Notes under the pieces: model-generated | Database searches by the model: none | Told to the model about the DNA's origin: nothing | What the model saw: the letters and a program-made list of their open reading frames with translations, nothing else | Shown: piece by piece, positions 27,405-32,000 of the stretch | How the letters are laid out: each line of letters opens with the position of its first letter | Position numbering within the stretch: position 1 is the stretch's first letter | DNA from: Candidatus Nitrosopumilus koreensis AR1 | Lineage (GTDB): Archaea > Thermoproteota > Nitrososphaeria > Nitrososphaerales > Nitrosopumilaceae | Length of the DNA: 32,000 nt | Direction: 5' to 3' | Assembly: GCF_000299365.1 (NCBI RefSeq) | Contig: NC_018655.1 | Coordinates: 1,230,001 to 1,262,000 of the forward strand | Translations under genes and position numbers: made by a program

Positions 27405-27632
27405 ATGAAATATCAATGCAAAACATGTAACTTTCATTGGGAAGGCACTTCACAAACTTTTGACGAGGTACGTGATCATGAAAAAACTCATTTAAAAAAT
27501 AAAACTACTGTTCGTTGTAAAGTTTGTAATGCATCAAAGAGTATGATTGATGTAGAGCATAATTCAGATGAAAAATGGGAGTGTCAAAATTGTGGGAACA
27601 TACTTGATATGCAAGGTCTAATTAGTTCATAG
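27405..27632 (+). CDS. C2H2-like finger (MKYxCxxC...HEKTH family) fused to a C-terminal CxxC...CxxC Zn-ribbon
   Basis: 75-aa ORF MKYQCKTCNFHWEGTSQTFDEVRDHEKTHLKNKTTVRCKVCNAS...WECQNCGNILD. Confidence 0.75.
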   Translation: MKYQCKTCNFHWEGTSQTFDEVRDHEKTHLKNKTTVRCKVCNASKSMIDVEHNSDEKWECQNCGNILDMQGLISS

Positions 27633-27709
27633 TAAGACAATGACAAAAATAGATTTTAATATTTTTAACACATACAACACTCTTTATACTTTGTTTCCAT
27701 TTTAAATGC

Positions 27710-27805
27710 ATGTCAAATCAACTATATTGCCAAGTATGCCATAAACTCAAATTCACCAAGTTTGATAAACAACAAAAATGCGAGTGTAAAACAGGTAAAA
27801 ATTAA
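27710..27805 (+). CDS. Cys-rich miniprotein (31 aa)
   Basis: MSNQLYCQVCHKLKFTKFDKQQKCECKTGKN. Confidence 0.35.
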   Translation: MSNQLYCQVCHKLKFTKFDKQQKCECKTGKN

Positions 27806-28120
27806 ATCATTTTTTGACTATTTCCATAACAGTTACTTTTCAGTCCACCAATGATGTTTCTCTTGGATGTTGTGATGTAAAAGCATATGTAAGATTTTTT
27901 TAATATTTTTGAAAACTTTGAAATTCATTAATTGAGTATTTCCTTTTTCCACACATTGCATGCAGGACATCTATTTGTGATTTTTTCTCCTAATTTTTTC
28001 AAGAATACATTTCCACAATTATCACAAGATCTTAGATTATCAGTTGTTATCAGGTTATTACTACGTCTTTCTTACTTAAGTACTGGATCATTTTTCAAAC
28101 AAGAATCAATTAGAATACTG

Positions 28121-28132
28121 TTAGGCACAAAA
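28121..28132 (+). promoter_or_regulatory. Third copy of the TTAGGCACAAAA box
   Basis: Exact 12-mer on the same strand, about 117 nt upstream of the PEFG-CTERM protein gene. Confidence 0.3.
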
Positions 28133-28248
28133 TCTCAACAATTTCAAATGCAATTCCTTGACAAACGGTTCATAATGCTGACAAATTTGTCGATAAAAGT
28201 AACAGAAAAGTCAGCGTTTGTTAATATTCCCGAATTCACATACGGTAC

Positions 28249-28761
28249 ATGGCAACAAAAAATAATCCAGGACAAAAAATTTTATGTTTTTCGATATTAT
28301 TTATTGCCGTATTTGCTGTTACAAATTTTCACACATTTGCATTTGCAGAAATCTCGCTTTCATCTTATGATTCTATAATTGGTCCAACAGATAGACTGCT
28401 CATAATGGGAACCATAGAGGGAGATATTCAATCATTTAATCCAATCAAACTTGTAGTTTATGATCCATCAGGAAATATTGTTTATCAACCAAACGTGGCA
28501 ATTGATGGGGATGGCAAATTCAAATATCTGATAACACCAACTCTTCCTAGCTTTGATGATGGACAATATGTTGTAGAAGCAAGTCAAGAAGATTTAAAAG
28601 AAAAAACACAGATGTATTTCACAGTTTCAAGTGATATCTCTGATGGTTTATTTGATGAGGACATGGAAACTGAAATTATACCTGAATTTGGAACAATTAC
28701 AATGATGATTCTTGTTGTTTCAATTATTAGCATATTGGCAATTACAACCAAAACAAAATGA
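28249..28761 (+). CDS. Secreted surface protein with PEFG-CTERM archaeal sorting signal
   Basis: N-terminal signal peptide (ILCFSILFIAVFAVTNFHTFAFA). The C-terminus is PEFG, then a hydrophobic helix, then a basic tail (PEFGTITMMILVVSIISILAITTKTK). Confidence 0.8.
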   Translation: MATKNNPGQKILCFSILFIAVFAVTNFHTFAFAEISLSSYDSIIGPTDRLLIMGTIEGDIQSFNPIKLVVYDPSGNIVYQPNVAIDGDGKFKYLITPTLPSFDDGQYVVEASQEDLKEKTQMYFTVSSDISDGLFDEDMETEIIPEFGTITMMILVVSIISILAITTKTK

Positions 28762-29138
28762 TGTTCAAATCATCTTCCATTTAATAAAATAAAAAAAATA
28801 GTCTAAACTAAAAACAACTCTAGTTTTGATTTCTGTGGTATTGTTAATAGAAAATTTTAGATGATACTCAATATACAGAATTAGTTCCACCATAGATAAA
28901 AAATACCGCCATGTGGTTTGGCGAAGATATGAGACACATCTATTCAACTCACTTAGGGCATATAGAAATTGAAATAATTGAGTCTTGACAACTACAAAGT
29001 ATATCTCTGAACATCATACTGCAAGTCCAAAGAGAATATGGTCATGGCTGCAATATGGCAATTATCACCCAATTTTACTATGTTTTATCAAAGATAACAC
29101 AATGTAAAAAGAAAGAATGGGATTAACCCAAAAATTGA

Positions 29139-29414
29139 TTAACGTTTAGATTTTTTGGCCTTACGTTTAGTAGTCTTTGCTGCTTTCTTAGTAGTTCGTT
29201 TTGCTTTAGTAGCTGCTTTCTTTGCTGTACGTTTAGTAGTTCGTTTTGCTTTAGTAGCTGCTTTCTTTGCTGTACGTTTAGTAGTTCGTTTTGCTTTAGT
29301 AGCTGCTTTCTTTGCTGTACGTTTAGTAGTTCGTTTTGCTTTAGTAGCTGCTTTCTTTGCTGTACGTTTTACTTTTTTTGCAGTTTTTTTGATAGCTTTT
29401 TTGGCTGTTGCCAT
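29139..29414 (-). CDS. Lys/Ala/Thr-rich basic repeat protein (histone H1/Hc1-like composition)
   Basis: 91 aa, four perfect 15-aa units KRTAKKAATKAKRTT, about 45 percent Lys+Arg. The antisense ORF (29155-29442) is a shadow. Confidence 0.7.
   Translation of the reverse strand: MATAKKAIKKTAKKVKRTAKKAATKAKRTTKRTAKKAATKAKRTTKRTAKKAATKAKRTTKRTAKKAATKAKRTTKKAAKTTKRKAKKSKR
29188..29369. repeat. Perfect 45-bp tandem repeat, about 4 copies, inside the Lys-rich gene
   Basis: TAGTAGTTCG recurs at 29189, 29234, 29279 and 29324, and the units are identical at every base. The flanks are degenerate copies. Confidence 0.9.
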
Positions 29415-29742
29415 AACTAAAAGAAAACTCTTTGTTCTTTAAGTACAAAACAAATGGACAAACTGAGCTTTAGTTAATTTTTTTTATGTTAAATTCAAAA
29501 GTTATTTTTCATTCTTTATTCTTAACATTGATCTAATTCTATATCATTTTGAAGACAAAGAGGTATACAAAGAATTTTGTAGTGATCTTGTTGTTTTTTT
29601 AGCTTTTTCAGTAATTTGCCACAAATAATTTGAATCTTAATTTTTATAAAAATTAAAAAAAGATAAAAATTGATTTTCTTTATAAGCAAAATAGTACGGC
29701 ATCAAACTAAACAGAACTCTCTACCTGCACACACAAATTAAT

Positions 29743-30663
29743 TTAAGATTCTAACTTGAAATTTGGCTGTTTTTTTAATCCTTTGTACCTATTTCTTATG
29801 GTCACTTCTGTTACTCCTGCCGCCTCGGCAAGATCCCGTTGAGTAATAGAGCCACCATGTTTCAAACAAGCAATGTATAATGCAGTTGCAGCAAGCCCCA
29901 TAGGGTCTTTTCCAGCAGATTCTTTGTTATTCTGAGCTTCTTGAAGTACTTTGATTGCATGTCGTTTGATTTTTTCAGATAGTTCCAATTTGCTTGAGAT
30001 TCTCGATATGCATTGAATTGAATTTACAACAGGCATCTTGAGTTCCAATTCATGATGCAATAATCTGTAACATCGAGCAATATCTTTACGTTTAACATTT
30101 GCAGCATCTGCAACATCTTTTAGAGTTCTAGGAGTTTCAGTATCTCTGCATGCTGCATATATTGATGCAGCAATCATTGCAGAAATAGATCTTCCACGAA
30201 CTAGTTTTTTCTCTAATGCTTTTCTATACAAATATGCAGCTTTTTCAAGAACATTTGTAGAAAGTGCAATCTTGTCTTTTATTCTAGTTAATTCACCGAG
30301 TGCTTGTCTGAGATTTCTATCTTGAGGTTCATGAGCTTGGCTTCTGCTATCCCAAGTCCGTAATCGTTCAATGGTGCTTTTCATAGATGTTGATAGTGGC
30401 TTGCCAGTAGCATCCTTGTTTATTGGATTAATTACAGTAGATAGCCCCATATCATGTATCAAAAGTGATGAGGGTGCTCCAGTTCTTGCGGGATTTGCCC
30501 CACTATCTGTCTGAAATGCCCTCCATTCTGGACCTGACTCATTTGATTTTTCAGAAACAACATATCCACATTTACCACAAAACTGTTCTCCAGTAACATT
30601 ATCAGTCTGCATGGAATTTTTTCCACAGCGTAGACAGTTAGAATCTGTAATTGAGACCACCAT
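29743..30663 (-). CDS. tfb: Transcription initiation factor B (TFB), paralog 3 (close to paralog 1)
   Basis: Zn-ribbon CLRCG...CGKCG and two cyclin-fold repeats. Long identical blocks with TFB-1 (GKPLSTSMKSTIERLRTWDSRS, IAASIYAACRDTETPRTLKDVADA). Confidence 0.92.
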   Translation of the reverse strand: MVVSITDSNCLRCGKNSMQTDNVTGEQFCGKCGYVVSEKSNESGPEWRAFQTDSGANPARTGAPSSLLIHDMGLSTVINPINKDATGKPLSTSMKSTIERLRTWDSRSQAHEPQDRNLRQALGELTRIKDKIALSTNVLEKAAYLYRKALEKKLVRGRSISAMIAASIYAACRDTETPRTLKDVADAANVKRKDIARCYRLLHHELELKMPVVNSIQCISRISSKLELSEKIKRHAIKVLQEAQNNKESAGKDPMGLAATALYIACLKHGGSITQRDLAEAAGVTEVTIRNRYKGLKKQPNFKLES

Positions 30664-30673
30664 GAAAGGTGCT

Positions 30674-30928
30674 TTATGCTGCCACCTTTTTTATTGGGAT
30701 TTTAAGTGATGAAACATTTCTAATTTTTTCATCTTGTGATTCTAATTTTGAGTCAGATTGTGTATTGTCAATATCTGCATTCTCAAAGATTATATTTTCA
30801 TTCGTTAATGCCGCACGAAATTTTTGAGACATTGTTTCATCCATTCGGGTTTTAAAAAACAAGAATTCTAATTCTAATCTTTTCAGCCTATTCATTTCAG
30901 ATAATTCTTCTTCAATTCTTTTTGTCAT
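30674..30928 (-). CDS. Small protein: EMNRLKxLELEF-family helical N-half plus an Alba-C-terminus-like tail
   Basis: 84-aa ORF ending 10 nt before the TFB-3 start. The N-half aligns with 26830-27012. The tail LESQDEKIRNVSSLKIPIKKV matches the Alba tail LESQDGRKRDVSTIEIPISKKV. Confidence 0.65.
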   Translation of the reverse strand: MTKRIEEELSEMNRLKRLELEFLFFKTRMDETMSQKFRAALTNENIIFENADIDNTQSDSKLESQDEKIRNVSSLKIPIKKVAA

Positions 30929-31011
30929 GATCTATGTTCCATTCATCACACTTAAAGATGATTGTATTTGGAACGGATTTGCATTTTGTGAAGAAAAAAA
31001 TGAGCGGAAAA

Positions 31012-31107
31012 TCATTTTTTTAAACAATCACACCCACAAGAAAACATTCCAGCTTTTTCCATGCATTGATCATGATGCCCATTATAGCATTTGTTACAAA
31101 TCACCAT
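31012..31107 (-). CDS. Cys-rich miniprotein (31 aa), CNKCYN...MEKAGMF family
   Basis: MVICNKCYNGHHDQCMEKAGMFSCGCDCLKK. Overlaps the upstream miniprotein by 14 nt. Confidence 0.7.
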   Translation of the reverse strand: MVICNKCYNGHHDQCMEKAGMFSCGCDCLKK

Positions 31108-31210
31108 TAGAACTCACTTTTTTATGGGTTTTTTCGTGTTCCAACACTTTGGAAAATGTATCAGAAAATCCATCCCATTGGAATTTACATTTTTGACAAT
31201 TGTATTTCAT
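31094..31210 (-). CDS. C2H2-like zinc-finger miniprotein (38 aa), MKYxCxxC...HEKTH family
   Basis: MKYNCQKCKFQWDGFSDTFSKVLEHEKTHKKVSSNGDL. The start codon directly abuts the Alba stop (0-nt spacer). Confidence 0.7.
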   Translation of the reverse strand: MKYNCQKCKFQWDGFSDTFSKVLEHEKTHKKVSSNGDL

Positions 31211-31492
31211 CTATTTTACCTTCTTAGAAATTGGAATTTCTATGGTGGAGACATCTCTTTTTCGCCCATCTTGAGATTCTAGTGATTCAGAATTGATTTT
31301 GACACATCCTACTTCAAATGCGTCTGTTTTTTTTAAGAGGACCTGAGTGACATCTACTGCAAGTCCAATACTCATACCTCTGGCCTTAATGACTATGGAA
31401 TCTAATGAAGATAGTTGGATTATTGCAGAGGTGACATATGACATTAACGGTTTTTTTCCGATAAAAATTGTATCATGTGGTTTATCTAACAT
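31211..31492 (-). CDS. albA: Chromatin/RNA-binding protein Alba
   Basis: 93 aa. IFIGKKPLMSYVTSAIIQL...IVIKARGMSIGLAVDVTQVL... is the canonical Alba pattern. Confidence 0.88.
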   Translation of the reverse strand: MLDKPHDTIFIGKKPLMSYVTSAIIQLSSLDSIVIKARGMSIGLAVDVTQVLLKKTDAFEVGCVKINSESLESQDGRKRDVSTIEIPISKKVK

Positions 31493-31599
31493 ACAAAATT
31501 AGATGTAATGCCTCATTTAAAGTGGGTGTGTGAATCTAGTCACAAATATCATAAAAATGAAAAGAGAACATCATCTTTTCTTGTTATTGTTATTCAATA

Positions 31600-31986
31600 C
31601 TAATTTTGATGCAAATCAATTATGTCAAATAGATCTTCAGCTCGTTTGATTATTTTTGAAGAACTGGTGTCTTTGTCAGCACTAATCAATACTAGATGAT
31701 TGGTAGTGGGAACACTTATGATCATGACATTTTTCCTTCGTGATGTAATATAGTCAATTGGGCCAAGAATTTCATCTAGTTCTTGTCTCATTCGTAAATC
31801 AAGCATCATTTGCATATAGACCATCTTGATTTTTTCATCATCTAACAATCTTGGAATTCCTGATTTGAATTTGCTTGCTACTGGTCGTCCTAATTTGTTA
31901 ATTACTGCAACATGCCTAATTTCATCCATTTGAACCAGTTTAGCACATGCATTGTCTAATGAACTAATTTTTTCAACTGAATTCAT
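31600..31986 (-). CDS. Conserved hypothetical protein (128 aa), weakly similar to 12706-13066
   Basis: Clean ATG ORF. It shares the pattern IRxVxVxN...G...L...R.E...G..Y...L.IS..D with the frameshifted gene at 12.7 kb. The fold guess (roadblock/LC7-like) is speculative. Confidence 0.55.
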   Translation of the reverse strand: MNSVEKISSLDNACAKLVQMDEIRHVAVINKLGRPVASKFKSGIPRLLDDEKIKMVYMQMMLDLRMRQELDEILGPIDYITSRRKNVMIISVPTTNHLVLISADKDTSSSKIIKRAEDLFDIIDLHQN

Positions 31987-32000
31987 TTTGAATTCATAGT

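Noticed and set aside
27928-28074. Minus-strand Zn-ribbon-like frame (…SCDNCGNVFLKKLGEKITNRCPACNVWKKEILN)
   Set aside because: The CxxC...CxxC pattern is attractive. However, the open frame has no ATG, GTG or TTG upstream of the first CxxC, only CTG and ATA, so I cannot support it as a gene. It may be a decayed member of the miniprotein set.
27932-28378. 148-aa plus-strand ORF (TTG start) overlapping the start of the PEFG-CTERM gene
   Set aside because: Its composition is not protein-like (runs of F/L/S/H). It overlaps the well-supported 28249-28761 gene in another frame and has no recognisable motif.
29188-29369. Tandem repeats as a possible CRISPR array
   Set aside because: The units are contiguous with no spacers, have a 45-bp period, and are in frame within a coding sequence.
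29155-29442. 95-aa plus-strand ORF antisense to the Lys-rich repeat gene
   Set aside because: It is a shadow frame of the repeat (FALVAAFFAVRLVV repeated). The minus-strand protein has a proper ATG and a biologically familiar composition.

Overview
AT-rich archaeal chromosome segment, most consistent with a marine ammonia-oxidising thaumarchaeon (Nitrosopumilus-like). Supporting features are a eukaryote-type topoisomerase IB, three TFB paralogs plus TBP, Alba, aIF-1A, a PEFG-CTERM surface protein and a tRNA with a non-canonical intron. Positions 1-18300 are mostly ordinary densely packed genes: UbiE-like methyltransferase, MFS transporter, P-II, TatA, DNA methyltransferase, MrfA-like helicase, SDR, metzincin, a binding-protein/histidine-kinase pair with a nearby receiver protein, Topo IB, a three-repeat secreted protein, tRNA, amidohydrolase and GNAT. 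Positions 18300-31500 are unusual. This stretch holds three TFB paralogs, TBP, Alba, a lysine-rich repeat protein and aIF-1A, interleaved with about 20 miniproteins of 31-84 aa. The miniproteins fall into recurring paralogous families: C2H2-like MKYxCxxC...HEKTH, CNKCYN...MEKAGMF, MFKKIxEKL...GSCKT and helical EMNRLKxLELEF. These families sit next to the TFB genes in repeated arrangements and are mostly below the 60-aa cutoff of the ORF track. I consider this miniprotein/TFB/chromatin-protein module the best candidate for an undescribed system. A UrtA/AmiC-like binding protein translationally coupled to a histidine kinase is the second candidate. Three ORFs are broken by single-base shifts in A6-A7 homopolymers, which argues for sequencing error or phase variation rather than decay. 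No CRISPR array, transposase or integrase was seen.
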